The position numbers were made by a program, and so were the translations under genes. A stretch of DNA of 64,000 nucleotides from a bacterium (GTDB taxonomy: Bacteria; Bacillota_I; Bacilli_A; RFN20; CAG-826), in the NCBI GenBank assembly GCA_963651465.1, contig CAVJPS010000009.1:52395-116394 (forward strand). Reading direction: 5' to 3'. Under the pieces are notes generated by a model. The model was given only the letters and a program-made list of their open reading frames with translations, searched no databases and was not told the DNA's origin. Positions 10,397 through 21,400 of this stretch are shown piece by piece (the first letter of the stretch is position 1; each line of letters opens with the position of its first letter).

Positions 10397-12076
10397 TTAA
10401 TTATTAGTGCTTACTTTGTACATTTGAATTTGTTTTTGACCACTTGTGTAATTTAAGAAACGTGGGCTACCACTATTATATTGAATATATCCATAAGATT
10501 CTGTAACATTTAAAATCTTAACATTATTTGATTCAAAGCTAATTGACCAAGTTGAACCTGTACCTGTTAAAGTTAAATTTTTATTATCACTAGCACCAAC
10601 ATATTGTCCATCAGATGTTTTTAATTTCCAAGCACCAGAAGAACCTTCTAATGTGAAGATCATAGCACTTGCTGGAACAGTAACGATTGAATTCGTACCA
10701 AATGTTGCAGCAGCACTTGTAAAGTATTTAGTTTGGAATGATGAAGCAACTACATTACAATCTTTACAGCCTAAGATGAAATTCATACCTGCAACAAGTG
10801 AATCAGTACTTGTTACTAAATCGTATTTTACAGTACTCTTTTCAGTTGTAATACCCGAAATAGAAACTCTTTGTCCACAATAATATGCATAAACTTTAGT
10901 ACAGCCTTCGCCTAAGTTTCCAGTGTAATCTGATGAATTAACAAATCTAACAATTGAATTACTTAATGTAACTTTTGTGTTATCACTATAATTAGCAGTA
11001 AATGTAAGACCAGTTGGGTCAAATTCATCACCTGCAGTGTAAGTTGTTTTTGTTAAAGTACCACTAACTGATACAGAAGTTAATCTCTTACCGACTGATA
11101 AAGATGTATCTTCTAAAGCACCAGCACCATTATACGTTGAATCCCAAATCATTGTTGCAAATTCAGGATGATCAATAAATGGGTTACGGTTACCTTGAAT
11201 ATCATCAGTAGCATTATTACGATATAATTCATTATATGAAGGAGCATATTCATTGTTCCATTCAAGTAATGTTGATAATTTACCAAAAACTTTATCAGTT
11301 TTACTTGCAGTTTCACCAACAGTATAGCCTAATGAAGCATAGCGAGTTGCAACATAGAAAATACTTCTAGCAGCATCTCCTCTATATGCATTGTTAGGAT
11401 CAAAAGCAACGCTTGAATATTTAGATTCAGTATTACGAGGAGTACCTCCCATATCTGTTTCGGTTGCTGTTGTACCATCCGTAACAAAGTCATAATATAA
11501 GTCACCACGTGTATTATTAATATCTTTTTCTGATGGGTGAACATTATAAATGTCTGAACCAGCATAGGAATCTTCATAGTCACCTAAGAACGATTGACAC
11601 CAAACATGTTCACGATTGATACGACCTTTAAAGTCCCCATCAAATTTAAATGGTGTACCTGTATAATAGCCAACCATTTTTGAACTATCATATAAATCAG
11701 GATCACTAACTGGATAATAAGTTGATAATCCATTATAAGAAACTTGCTTAATAGTATGTTTACTAGTTGTTAAAGTAGTAAGTGCACTTAATAAAGCACT
11801 ACCTTTTAATCCTCTTACAGATTCATAATAATCATCACTGACGACAGAAGGTTCAGTAATAATTTCACTTTTATAAGTTATGCCACCAACTGTATTACTA
11901 TTGTCATTATCATCATTATTATTGTTATTGTCATTATCATTATCATTATTGTTATTGTTGTCATTATCATTGTCATTAACATTTTCTTTTTCGTTATTCT
12001 TACAAGAACTTAATAAAAATGATGTAGTAGTACATAAAGCAACTAACCCTAGTACTAATAATTTATTTTTTTTCAT
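10397..12076 (-). CDS. extracellular Endonuclease I-family nuclease lipoprotein with Asp/Asn repeat linker
   Basis: Start MKKNKLL with a GAGGAG RBS; lipobox LSSC. Endonuclease I (EndA/Vvn/Bsn) motifs are present: REHVWCQS, NVHPSEKDINNTRGD, RGDAARSIFYVATRY and QGNRNPFIDHPE. Confidence 0.75.
   Translation of the reverse strand: MKKNKLLVLGLVALCTTTSFLLSSCKNNEKENVNDNDNDNNNNNDNDNDNNNNNDDNDNSNTVGGITYKSEIITEPSVVSDDYYESVRGLKGSALLSALTTLTTSKHTIKQVSYNGLSTYYPVSDPDLYDSSKMVGYYTGTPFKFDGDFKGRINREHVWCQSFLGDYEDSYAGSDIYNVHPSEKDINNTRGDLYYDFVTDGTTATETDMGGTPRNTESKYSSVAFDPNNAYRGDAARSIFYVATRYASLGYTVGETASKTDKVFGKLSTLLEWNNEYAPSYNELYRNNATDDIQGNRNPFIDHPEFATMIWDSTYNGAGALEDTSLSVGKRLTSVSVSGTLTKTTYTAGDEFDPTGLTFTANYSDNTKVTLSNSIVRFVNSSDYTGNLGEGCTKVYAYYCGQRVSISGITTEKSTVKYDLVTSTDSLVAGMNFILGCKDCNVVASSFQTKYFTSAAATFGTNSIVTVPASAMIFTLEGSSGAWKLKTSDGQYVGASDNKNLTLTGTGSTWSISFESNNVKILNVTESYGYIQYNSGSPRFLNYTSGQKQIQMYKVSTNN
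11890..11980 (-). repeat. in-frame GAT/AAT-type codon repeat encoding a (D/N)n linker
   Basis: On the plus strand the tract reads gtcattatcattatcattattgttattgtt...; it encodes DNDNDNNNNNDNDNDNNNNNDDNDN. Confidence 0.8.
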
Positions 12077-12157
12077 ATATAATCTCCTCATCAATATATT
12101 AACATATTATATTGTTTTATTAAAACAATAAATATTAACCACCTTTACAAATATATA

Positions 12158-12181
12158 AAAGCCACCGAAGTGGCTTTATAC
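12158..12181 (-). terminator. rho-independent terminator after nuclease gene 2
   Basis: Hairpin AAAGCCACTTCGGTGGCTTT next to the stop codon. Confidence 0.6.
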
Positions 12182-14143
12182 TTAAGCACTATAGTTAATA
12201 CCTAATCCCATTAAATAGAATGTGCTATTAACATTAGTAATCTCAATTTTAACTACACCAGAAGTTTCAGCAAAATTTATTTTAAAATCTGATGCTTGTC
12301 CATCACTACTATAAGTAATATCTGTAGTGCCTACGAGTACATCATTAACATATCCTTTTAATGTATAAATCTTACCCGATCCAGGTAAACAACATACATG
12401 TATAGATGAGACGTTATTTAAAGATTCAACACTTGTAAACGTTACAGTACCAGCACTTTTAGAAGAACTACTAATTTGAATACCTTTATTAGTTTTAAAA
12501 CTATACGAATTTTTAGTGCCAGTAAACTTATAAACAAACTCTTTATTACTTAATAAAATATTATGATCAGTGTTAGCAGCAGTTGTTGTACCATTTTTGT
12601 CCTTGTCTAATTCATTTTTATTTGCAAATGTATGAGTCCAAGTACAAGCAGTATAGTCAGCATCTAATACTTCAATATTGTACTTAATTAATTGACCATG
12701 TACATTCACAATAATTTCTCGACTTGATGAAATATCACTATTTGTAAATGTATAGTTATATTGAGTACCAATTGTGGTATAGTTATCAACAGCAACTGGA
12801 GTTTCACTATAATCGTATTTAACAGCTACAACATTAAAATCAGAAGATTTAAATGTTTCGCCTACTTTATAAGTATGTTTAACATTATCAATTGCATAGT
12901 AAGCTATTTGATCTTTATCTAATTGTAAACGTTTTGCTGAAGGACGTAAACTTTCAAGTGAACCAGCTTGGTCTTGTTTAGAACCAAATGCATAATCAAC
13001 AAGTTCAGGATAATCAACATAAACATTACGATTACCTTGTTCACTATAAACATAAGTCATATGTTGATATTCTTCTCTATCAACTGGAATTTCATTGAAA
13101 CGAAGTAAATCACTTAAATTACCATGTGAATATAAATAAGCTCCTACTGGATTCTCAGTTAAAGTAACACCTTGGTTATAAACTAATTTTTTAACTGAAC
13201 CATCTTCGTTATATAAAGTATTAATTACATCATTTCCGCTTTCATCCTTAACTGTTTCAGTTGCTTTAGTAGTATCATTTGCGTAATCTAATGTATTATC
13301 GTCAAATAATGTTGCAATATAGAAAATAGAACGTGCAAGTTTACCTTTATCTTCATCAGCAGGTTCAAATGTATTGTTTGTACTATCTAATATTCCCGAA
13401 TACTTAGTTGAAGTAGTACCGGTAGTAGTATCTGCATAACCCAAGTTATTGTTACTACGTGCGCCATTACCTGCTTGGTTAGATGCCCATAAGTTGTGAA
13501 AGTCAGTAGCCCTTCCTTTATATTGGACAGCATCACCAGTCATAACTCCTGTCATTAAAGATGCACAGAAAGCATGTTCTCTTTGCCAACCACCAGTTTT
13601 ATTACCATTAGTATCGGTTTTCCATTCATCATTACTACTATAAACAACATTAACCATTGAGTGATTAAATAATGATTGGTCAGCTTTCTTATTTGTAAAC
13701 CAGTTAGCAGAATTACCTTCTGAATCTGTTCCGTTATAATGATTCATAGTATAACCATTTTTCATTAAATCTTTTAATTTAGCTCTTAAATCTGCTCCAT
13801 CAGTCCAACTAGTTAAGTTGTTATAGTAATTTCCATATGCTGCAGGAATAGCGTAGGTAGTTCCTTCGGCATCTTCAGTATCATCATACAAATGTAATGT
13901 ACTATAGTCTTCACTAGGTTCAACTGGGTCTACCGGATCAACAGGATCTACAGGATCTACTGGGTCTACCGGATCAACAGGATCCACAGGTTCAACCGGA
14001 TCTACAGGATCTACTGGGTCTACCGGATCAACAGGATCAACCGGCTCCACAGGAGTGTTATTGTTATTTTTATCCTTACAACCCACAAATGTAAAAGATG
14101 AAATTAACAATAACGGTATAATAAATAATCTTTTCTTTCTCAT
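12182..14143 (-). CDS. extracellular Endonuclease I-family nuclease lipoprotein with (PVD)n repeat linker
   Basis: 653 aa with lipobox FVGC. Motifs: [46 protein letters not shown] and [14 protein letters not shown] paralogue of the upstream nuclease gene. Confidence 0.75.
   Translation of the reverse strand: MRKKRLFIIPLLLISSFTFVGCKDKNNNNTPVEPVDPVDPVDPVDPVDPVEPVDPVDPVDPVDPVDPVDPVDPVEPSEDYSTLHLYDDTEDAEGTTYAIPAAYGNYYNNLTSWTDGADLRAKLKDLMKNGYTMNHYNGTDSEGNSANWFTNKKADQSLFNHSMVNVVYSSNDEWKTDTNGNKTGGWQREHAFCASLMTGVMTGDAVQYKGRATDFHNLWASNQAGNGARSNNNLGYADTTTGTTSTKYSGILDSTNNTFEPADEDKGKLARSIFYIATLFDDNTLDYANDTTKATETVKDESGNDVINTLYNEDGSVKKLVYNQGVTLTENPVGAYLYSHGNLSDLLRFNEIPVDREEYQHMTYVYSEQGNRNVYVDYPELVDYAFGSKQDQAGSLESLRPSAKRLQLDKDQIAYYAIDNVKHTYKVGETFKSSDFNVVAVKYDYSETPVAVDNYTTIGTQYNYTFTNSDISSSREIIVNVHGQLIKYNIEVLDADYTACTWTHTFANKNELDKDKNGTTTAANTDHNILLSNKEFVYKFTGTKNSYSFKTNKGIQISSSSKSAGTVTFTSVESLNNVSSIHVCCLPGSGKIYTLKGYVNDVLVGTTDITYSSDGQASDFKINFAETSGVVKIEITNVNSTFYLMGLGINYSA
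13915..14055 (-). repeat. about 15 tandem copies of a 9-nt unit (GGATCNACN) encoding PVDPVDPVE...
   Basis: Periodicity is directly visible: ccggatcaacaggatctacaggatctactgggtctaccggatcaacagga... Confidence 0.85.
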
Positions 14144-14240
14144 TGTTTTTTCCTCTATAAAATTATATTAACATAAAAATTATAATAAATTGAAATCTAA
14201 ATACAAAATAATATAATTAATAATAAGGAAGGTATTAAAA

Positions 14241-14711
14241 ATGATTAAATTAGAAATTGAAAATTACGGTGATATTTTATTAGAATTAGATCCTAAAAAT
14301 GCACCTTTAACAGTAGAAAACTTTGAAAAATTAGTATCTAAAGGTTTTTATGATGGTTTAACTTTCCATCGTGTAATTAAAGGATTTATGATTCAAGGTG
14401 GTTGCCCAAAAGGTAACGGTACTGGAGGTCCTGGTTATACTATTAAAGGTGAATTTAGTTCAAACGGTGTAAATAACCCTATTGAACATAAACGCGGAGT
14501 AATCTCAATGGCTCGTGCATATGACCCTGATTCTGCAGGTTCTCAATTCTTTATTATGCATAAAGATGCACCTTATTTAGATGGACAATATGCTGCATTT
14601 GGTCATGTTGTAGAAGGAATCGAAGTTGTAGATAAAATTGCTTCAGTTCGTACTTCACCAAGTGACCGTCCACTTGAAAGAGTTGTTATTAAAAAAGCAT
14701 CTATTATCTAA
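14241..14711 (+). CDS. ppiB: peptidyl-prolyl cis-trans isomerase (cyclophilin type)
   Basis: 156 aa with [13 protein letters not shown] and the SQFFI motifs. Confidence 0.9.
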   Translation: MIKLEIENYGDILLELDPKNAPLTVENFEKLVSKGFYDGLTFHRVIKGFMIQGGCPKGNGTGGPGYTIKGEFSSNGVNNPIEHKRGVISMARAYDPDSAGSQFFIMHKDAPYLDGQYAAFGHVVEGIEVVDKIASVRTSPSDRPLERVVIKKASII

Positions 14712-14724
14712 TTAAATTTAAAAA

Positions 14725-14768
14725 ACAAAAAACGTTAAGGTTATTTCCTTAACGTTTGTTTTTTTATT
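14725..14768. terminator. bidirectional terminator between ppiB and adhE
   Basis: AACGTTAAGG-ttatttc-CTTAACGTT hairpin flanked by A and T runs. Confidence 0.7.
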
Positions 14769-17394
14769 GTCCGACTTTTGTACCTTTATAAGCACATTTT
14801 AAGATTTCTTCCATGTCTTTTACAAGAGGTACTCTTGGGTTAGCTGGTGAGCATTGATCTTCGTAAGCAAGAACTGCGATTCTTTCAATTTTAGAATTCC
14901 ATTCTGCTTCATCAATACCTAATTTATCAAATGAAGTTTCAAGTCCAATATCACGAGCTAATTCTTCACAAGCTGTAGCAAGAGCTTCAACACCTTGTTC
15001 TGGAGTTTCAGCTTTTAATCCTAATAAATGAGCAATTTCAAGATATTTCTTGTCTGCACAGTAGTGATTATATTTTGGCCATACTGATAATTTTGTTGGA
15101 ACTTGACCATTATATCTAATTACGTATGGTAAGAAGATAGAACATGTATAACCGTGAACTGTATGGAATTCAGCACCTACTTTATGTGATAAAGAGTGAG
15201 CCATACCTAAGAATGCGTTAGCAAATGCCATACCAGCAATTGTTGCAGCATTGTGCATTTTTTCACGTGCTTCTAAATCGTTTTTACCATTTTTAACACA
15301 ACGAGGTAAATATTCAAATACTAATTTGATTGCTTGTAATGCTAAACCATCAGTGTAGTCATTTGCAAGAACACTAGCATATGCCTCAATAGCGTGTGTT
15401 AAGACATCCATACCAGTCATAGCTGTTGGGCGTGCTGGTAAATTAGTTGTAAATTCAGGATCAACAATAGCAACTGTTGGAGTAAGTGAATAGTCTGTTA
15501 AAGGATATTTCTTGTTATTTGCTTTATCGGAGATAACAGCAAATGGTGTAACTTCTGAACCAGTACCAGATGTAGTAGGAATACAAATTAATTTTGATTT
15601 CTTACCTAATTCTGGATACTTAAATGCTCTTTTACGAATATCCATAAATTTTTGTTTTAAATCATCAAAGTTAACTTCTGGGTGTTCGTAGAATAACCAC
15701 ATACCTTTTGCACAGTCCATAACACTACCACCACCAAGAGCAATAATAGTATCAGGTTGGAATGAATTCATTATTTCAGTACCTTTTCTTACAGTTGAAA
15801 TATCTGGGTCAGGTTCAACTGCTGTAAATAATTGAATTGTAACATCGTTTCTTCTTAAATTTAATTGTTCAGTAATCTTATCTAAGAAACCGAATTGAAC
15901 CATTGAGTTATCTGTAACAATAAATACTTTTTCTAAACCACGGCATGATTGTAAATATTGAATTGAATTTCTTTCAAAATAGATTTTACTTGGAACTTTG
16001 AACCATTGCATAGTATTTCTTCTTTTACCTACTTTCTTGACATTTAATAAATTGACTGCTGAGATATTACCTCCAACAGAGTTATGACCATAAGAACCAC
16101 AACCTAATGTTAATGAAGGAAGGAATGAGTTATAAACATTACCAATACCACCAAATGTTGAAGGTGAATTCCAAATAATTCTCATAGCTTTTACTTTTTC
16201 ACCAAATGCATCAGCCATTGCTTGATCATGACAATGAATTGCAGCACTATGACCTAAACCATTAAATTCAACCATTTGAGCTGCTTTTTCAAATCCTTCA
16301 TTTTCGTCTTTAACTTTAAAGATTGCTAGGACTGGTGAAAGTTTTTCTCTTGATAAAGGTTCGTTGACACCAACTTCACTACATTCAGCACAAATAATTG
16401 ATGTATCTGCAGGAACTTCAAATCCAGCTTCGTGAGCAATAAATGAAGCACTCTTACCAACAATTACAGGATTTAATTTTGCTAATTGAACTTGATCTTT
16501 TGATTCAACACCAAACATATATTTTTCAAGTAATGCTTTTTCTTGTTTATTAACAAAGTAAGCTTTAAATCTCTTAAATAAATCTTTTGCTTCGTTATAA
16601 ATTTCAGCATCGATAATAGCAGCTTGTTCAGAAGCACAAATCATACCATTATCGAATGATTTAGATAATACGATATCATTAACTGCTTGTTCGACGTTTG
16701 CACTCTTATTGATATAAGAAGGAACATTACCAGCTCCAACGCCTAAAGCAGGTTTACCACATGAGTATGCAGCTTTAACCATTGCATTACCACCAGTTGC
16801 AAGAATTGTAGCAACACCAGGGTGATTCATTAATGCACTAGTTGCATCCATTGAAGGATGTTCAATCCATTGAATACAGTTTTCAGGTGCACCAGCAGCA
16901 ACAGCAGCGTCACGCATAACAATAGCTGCTAATTTTGAACTTTCTTGTGCATTTGGGTGGAAAGCAAAAATAATAGGGTTACGTGTTTTTAAACAAATTA
17001 ATGATTTAAAAATAACAGTACTAGTTGGATTTGTAACTGGAGTAATACCACATACAACACCAATTGGATCAGCGATTTCAGTAATACCTGTTACTGGATC
17101 ATCTGAAATAACTCCAACAGTTTTTAAATGACGCATGTTATTAACAACATATTCACATGCAAATAAGTTTTTAGTAGCTTTATCTTCAAAGACACCTCTA
17201 CCTGTTTCGTCAATAGCAGCTTTTGCTAAAGTACCATGGTTATCTAACCCAGCAACTGAACATTTAGCAACGATGTAATCAATCTTTTCTTGATCTAAGT
17301 TTAAAAATTCATCTAATGCTACTTGTGCTTTTGAAACCAAGCCATTAACTTCAGCATTAACTTCTTCAATAGTTAAATTCACTTTTTCAGCCAT
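14764..17394 (-). CDS. adhE: bifunctional acetaldehyde-CoA/alcohol dehydrogenase
   Basis: 876 aa with an N-terminal ALDH domain and a C-terminal Fe-ADH domain. Confidence 0.95.
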   Translation of the reverse strand: MAEKVNLTIEEVNAEVNGLVSKAQVALDEFLNLDQEKIDYIVAKCSVAGLDNHGTLAKAAIDETGRGVFEDKATKNLFACEYVVNNMRHLKTVGVISDDPVTGITEIADPIGVVCGITPVTNPTSTVIFKSLICLKTRNPIIFAFHPNAQESSKLAAIVMRDAAVAAGAPENCIQWIEHPSMDATSALMNHPGVATILATGGNAMVKAAYSCGKPALGVGAGNVPSYINKSANVEQAVNDIVLSKSFDNGMICASEQAAIIDAEIYNEAKDLFKRFKAYFVNKQEKALLEKYMFGVESKDQVQLAKLNPVIVGKSASFIAHEAGFEVPADTSIICAECSEVGVNEPLSREKLSPVLAIFKVKDENEGFEKAAQMVEFNGLGHSAAIHCHDQAMADAFGEKVKAMRIIWNSPSTFGGIGNVYNSFLPSLTLGCGSYGHNSVGGNISAVNLLNVKKVGKRRNTMQWFKVPSKIYFERNSIQYLQSCRGLEKVFIVTDNSMVQFGFLDKITEQLNLRRNDVTIQLFTAVEPDPDISTVRKGTEIMNSFQPDTIIALGGGSVMDCAKGMWLFYEHPEVNFDDLKQKFMDIRKRAFKYPELGKKSKLICIPTTSGTGSEVTPFAVISDKANNKKYPLTDYSLTPTVAIVDPEFTTNLPARPTAMTGMDVLTHAIEAYASVLANDYTDGLALQAIKLVFEYLPRCVKNGKNDLEAREKMHNAATIAGMAFANAFLGMAHSLSHKVGAEFHTVHGYTCSIFLPYVIRYNGQVPTKLSVWPKYNHYCADKKYLEIAHLLGLKAETPEQGVEALATACEELARDIGLETSFDKLGIDEAEWNSKIERIAVLAYEDQCSPANPRVPLVKDMEEILKCAYKGTKVGQ

Positions 17395-17396
17395 AT

Positions 17397-18041
17397 TTAT
17401 TCTCCTTTGATTTTGTTATTTAACCTATGTGATAGCATACCTAATGAGGCAGCTAAATCAACATTTTCAACAACGATATTATCGTTAATATTAAGATGGA
17501 CAGGAACGAAATTCCAAATTGCTTTTATATTACACTTTTGTAATCTATCAACAATACTTTGAGCGTAATCGCTTGGGACAGTAAGAATTGCAATATTAAC
17601 ATTCAATTCTTTAATCTTATCTTCAAGCTCTGAAATACTATAAATTACTTTATCATTTATAACAGTTCCAATTTTTTGGGGATTATTATCAAAACCTGCC
17701 AAAATGTTTAATCCTATTTTATTAAATCCACTATAACGTAAAATAGCACCACCAAGGCCACCAGCACCAATTAAAATAGCATTAGTAACATCGTTATAAC
17801 CTAATATGTTTTCAATACTATTAATAAGTGTATTAACGTCACGGCCACAACCTGGTTTACTATTTTCTTTACTTATAGATTGAAAGTCTTTTCTAACTTG
17901 TTCTTCCGAACATTTAAATTCATTTGCTATGGTAGCACTTGAAACAGTTAGAATACCTTCCTCTTTTAAAGAATTTAAGTATTTTAGATACGCGGGATAT
18001 CTTTCGAGTTGTCTTTTTGTAATCGTCTTAATATTACCCAT
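17397..18041 (-). CDS. rex: redox-sensing transcriptional repressor Rex
   Basis: 214 aa with an N-terminal wHTH and a Rossmann GAGGLGGAI motif. Its stop abuts the adhE start. Confidence 0.9.
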   Translation of the reverse strand: MGNIKTITKRQLERYPAYLKYLNSLKEEGILTVSSATIANEFKCSEEQVRKDFQSISKENSKPGCGRDVNTLINSIENILGYNDVTNAILIGAGGLGGAILRYSGFNKIGLNILAGFDNNPQKIGTVINDKVIYSISELEDKIKELNVNIAILTVPSDYAQSIVDRLQKCNIKAIWNFVPVHLNINDNIVVENVDLAASLGMLSHRLNNKIKGE

Positions 18042-18183
18042 AATAACTCCTTTGGTATTTTTTTACCGAAGTTAATATAACATATAATGAACTTCCGTTC
18101 AATTGATTTTAACTAAAAAAATAAAGATAACGCTTACATAAATTTAAAGAAAAATAATAATAGCGCTTTCATTAAATTGCATT

Positions 18184-18212
18184 AAAAAAAGAGGAAAAAA
18201 TTTCCTCTTTTA
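18184..18212 (-). terminator. terminator after pflA
   Basis: AGAGGAAA-aaatt-TCCTCT hairpin plus T-run. Confidence 0.6.
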
Positions 18213-18215
18213 TTC

Positions 18216-18959
18216 TTATTTATAATTACCAATTTTTAAAACATTTTCTGCGTGCTTTACACTTTCTTTTGTTGGCATATTAACATCTTTTAAAGAATAT
18301 TCAATACCAAGTTCATCATATTTTGGTAATGCAAATGGATGATAAGGTAAAACCTCTAATCTTTTAATATTATTAAATTTAGCTAAGAAGTCACTACTTT
18401 TTTGAAGTACATCTTCACTATCAGTGTATCCTGGTAATAAAACATAACGAACCCAAATTGGAAAATTTATTTCATTAAGATAATTAAATAATTCTTGAAC
18501 GTTTTTACCGTCATGGCCAGTAATTTTAGTATGTAATTCTTCATTAGGTGCTTTTAAATCTAATAATAATAAATCAGTATATTTTAATAATTCTTTAAAC
18601 TTAGAGAAGAAAGGTTCTTCAAATGTAAAAGGTCCTCCTGCAGTATCAATACAAGTAGAAAAACCTTTTTCTTTGGCTTTCTTAAATAAATCAATTAAGA
18701 AATCAATTTGAAGTAATGGTTCACCACCACTAATAGTAATACCACCATTATCTCGCCAATAAGTTTTATATCGAGCAAGTTTTGCAAGTGCTTCATCACT
18801 AGTTATAGAAGTAGCATTCTTATTACTCCAAGTTTCAGGATTGTGACAATATAAGCAACGAAATGGACATCCAGATAAGAAAAGGACGGACCTGACACCA
18901 GGTCCATCCACTAAAGCAAATGATTCGAAACTTGAATAATAGCCAATTTCACTCATCAA
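18216..18959 (-). CDS. pflA: pyruvate formate-lyase activating enzyme (radical SAM)
   Basis: 247 aa with the CPFRCLYCHN cluster motif. Confidence 0.9.
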   Translation of the reverse strand: MMSEIGYYSSFESFALVDGPGVRSVLFLSGCPFRCLYCHNPETWSNKNATSITSDEALAKLARYKTYWRDNGGITISGGEPLLQIDFLIDLFKKAKEKGFSTCIDTAGGPFTFEEPFFSKFKELLKYTDLLLLDLKAPNEELHTKITGHDGKNVQELFNYLNEINFPIWVRYVLLPGYTDSEDVLQKSSDFLAKFNNIKRLEVLPYHPFALPKYDELGIEYSLKDVNMPTKESVKHAENVLKIGNYK

Positions 18960-21221
18960 TTATAAGCTTTCATGGCAAGTTCTTGAAATAACATCTAATT
19001 GTTGTTCTTTTGTTAAATCAATGAACTTAACTGCATATCCACTAACTCTAATTGTAAAGTTTTGATATTCTTCTTTTTCTGGATGATTCATAGCATCAAT
19101 TAATTTTTCAGTACCGAATACGTTAACATTTAAGTGATGAGCATCTTGATCAAAGTAGCCGTCTAAGATTTGAGCTAAGTTAACTTTTCTTTCATCATCA
19201 TTGTGACCTAAAGCATTAGGGTTAACTGTTTGAGTATTTGAAATACCATCTAAAGCATATTCATATGGTAATTTTGCGACTGAGTTAAGTGAAGCAAGTA
19301 AACCATTCTTTTCTGCACCATATGCTGGGTTAGCACCTGGTGATAATGGTTCGCCTTGTTTTCTACCATCTGGTAAAGAACCAGTAGCCTTACCATAAAC
19401 AACGTTTGAAGTAATTGTTAAAATTGAAGTTGATGGGACAGAATCACGATATGTGTGGTGTCTTGCAATCTTGTGCATAAAGACTTTTAATAACCAAACT
19501 GCGATTTCATCAGCACGGTTGTCATCGTTACCATAACGTGGGAAATCACCAATTGTTTCAAAATCAGTGACAATGCCTGTTTCGTCACGGACACATTTTA
19601 CAGTTGCATATTTAATAGCACTTAATGAGTCAACAACGTGTGAGAAACCAGCAATACCTGTAGCAAATGATCTTTCAACATTTGTATCAATTAATGCCAT
19701 TTCAGCAGCTTCATAATAATATTTATCGTGCATATAGTGAATGACATTTAAAGTATTAACATAGATTTCAGCAAGCCATTCCATCATAGCTTCGTATTTT
19801 GGTAAGACTTCATCATATGTAAGAATTTCACTTGTAATAGGTTTAATTTCAGGTCCGACTTGTTGGTGAGTTAATTCATCAACACCACCGTTTATTGCAT
19901 ATAATAAACATTTAGCTAAGTTAGCTCTAGCACCGAAGAATTGCATTTCTTTACCAGTCTTTGTAGCACTAACACAGCAGCAGATACTATAGTCATCAGT
20001 CCAAATTGGTCTCATAACACAGTCATTTTCGTATTGAATTGAACTTGTTTTAACAGAAATTAATGCAGCGTATTTCTTGAAAGTATCAGGTAATCTACTT
20101 GACCATAAAACTGTTAAGTTTGGTTCTGGTGCAGGTCCCATATTTTCAAGTGTGTGTAAGAAACGATAGTCGTTCTTTGTAACTAATGTACGTCCATCAC
20201 TACCCATACCAGCTACTTCAAGAGTTGCCCATACTGGGTCGCCTGAGAATAATTGGTTATATGATGGAATACGTGCGAATTTAACCATTCTGAATTTCAT
20301 AACCATATGGTCAACTAATTCTTGAGCTTCTTTTTCAGTTAATGTACCAGCAGCTAAATCTCTTTCAATATAAATATCTAAGAATGTTGAAATACGTCCA
20401 ACTGACATAGCAGCACCATTTTGAGTTTTGATAGCAGCTAAGTAACCAAAGTATAACCATTGGAATGCTTCCTTAGCGTTTTTAGCTGGTTCGCTAATAT
20501 CAAAGCCATAAATTTTAGCCATTTCTTTCATTTCTTTTAAAGCTTTGATTTGCATTGAAATTTCTTCTCTTAATCTAACGACATCTTCTGTCATACCTCT
20601 TAAACCAGTATATTTAAGATTGTCTTGTTTTTCAGCAATAATATTGTCAATACCATATAAAGCAACACGACGATAGTCACCAACAATACGGCCTCTACCA
20701 TATGTATCTGGTAAGCCAGTAATAATCTTGTTGTGACGGCAACGTAACATTTCATCAGTATAAGCATCAAAGACACCATCATTGTGAGTCTTATGATATT
20801 TTGTAAAGACTTCGTGAATCTTTGGTGAAGGTGTGTAACCGTAAGCTGTACATGCTTGTTCAGCCATTTTAATACCACCATAAGGCATAAATGCTCTCTT
20901 TAATGGTTTGTCTGTTTGAAGACCAACGACTTTTTCTAAATCTTTTGTTTCTTCGTCAATATATCCAGGACCGTAAGCTGTTAATGAGGAAACAATTTCA
21001 GTTTCCATATCAAGAACTCCGCCCTTTTTTCTTTCTTCAATTTGTAATGCACTTAACTTTTTCCAAAGAATATTTGTAGCTTCAGTTGCATCCTCTAAGA
21101 ATGATTCATCTCCAAGATATGGAGTGTAGTTTTCTTGAATAAAGTCTCTAACGTTAATAGAAGTTTTCCAATTTACGCCTTTAAAACTTTTCCAAGCAGT
21201 TTCATCAAAATTTTTGATCAT
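18960..21221 (-). CDS. pflB: formate C-acetyltransferase (pyruvate formate-lyase)
   Basis: The start was reassigned to [13 protein letters not shown], which has an AAGGAGG RBS. The C-terminal glycyl-radical motif is RVSGYAV, and the catalytic CC motif is present. Confidence 0.9.
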   Translation of the reverse strand: MIKNFDETAWKSFKGVNWKTSINVRDFIQENYTPYLGDESFLEDATEATNILWKKLSALQIEERKKGGVLDMETEIVSSLTAYGPGYIDEETKDLEKVVGLQTDKPLKRAFMPYGGIKMAEQACTAYGYTPSPKIHEVFTKYHKTHNDGVFDAYTDEMLRCRHNKIITGLPDTYGRGRIVGDYRRVALYGIDNIIAEKQDNLKYTGLRGMTEDVVRLREEISMQIKALKEMKEMAKIYGFDISEPAKNAKEAFQWLYFGYLAAIKTQNGAAMSVGRISTFLDIYIERDLAAGTLTEKEAQELVDHMVMKFRMVKFARIPSYNQLFSGDPVWATLEVAGMGSDGRTLVTKNDYRFLHTLENMGPAPEPNLTVLWSSRLPDTFKKYAALISVKTSSIQYENDCVMRPIWTDDYSICCCVSATKTGKEMQFFGARANLAKCLLYAINGGVDELTHQQVGPEIKPITSEILTYDEVLPKYEAMMEWLAEIYVNTLNVIHYMHDKYYYEAAEMALIDTNVERSFATGIAGFSHVVDSLSAIKYATVKCVRDETGIVTDFETIGDFPRYGNDDNRADEIAVWLLKVFMHKIARHHTYRDSVPSTSILTITSNVVYGKATGSLPDGRKQGEPLSPGANPAYGAEKNGLLASLNSVAKLPYEYALDGISNTQTVNPNALGHNDDERKVNLAQILDGYFDQDAHHLNVNVFGTEKLIDAMNHPEKEEYQNFTIRVSGYAVKFIDLTKEQQLDVISRTCHESL

Positions 21222-21292
21222 ATTTGTATATCCTCCTTGATAACCTAATGTAGAATAACACTTTTTAAATATTTTTAAAACATTTTTGCTCA

Positions 21293-21327
21293 AAAATGAA
21301 AATAAAACCCCTTTCATTTTATGAAAG
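21293..21327 (-). promoter_or_regulatory. palindromic candidate operator upstream of pflB (Rex- or FNR-like half sites TGAAA/TTTCA)
   Basis: The palindrome AAAATGAAA-n11-TTTCATTTT-ATGAAA lies 70-100 nt upstream of the pflB start. Confidence 0.3.
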
Positions 21328-21371
21328 ATGATTTATTAAAAGATTTTTCTCTCAATCTTACAAATAAAACA

Positions 21372-21400
21372 CAAAAAAGTAGGTTTTTGACGAACCTACT
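21372..21400 (-). terminator. terminator after glgA
   Basis: AAGTAGGTT-tttgacg-AACCTACTT hairpin plus T-run. Confidence 0.65.

Noticed and set aside
11880-12131. Plus-strand ORF encoding an L/S-repeat peptide (MPPTVLLLSLSSLLLL...)
   Set aside because: It is the antisense reading of the Asp/Asn codon repeat inside the nuclease gene, a compositional artefact.
13915-14055. The 9-nt tandem repeat as a possible CRISPR or mini-satellite
   Set aside because: There are no spacers. The unit is 9 nt, in frame, and inside a CDS, so it is a protein-coding linker repeat.
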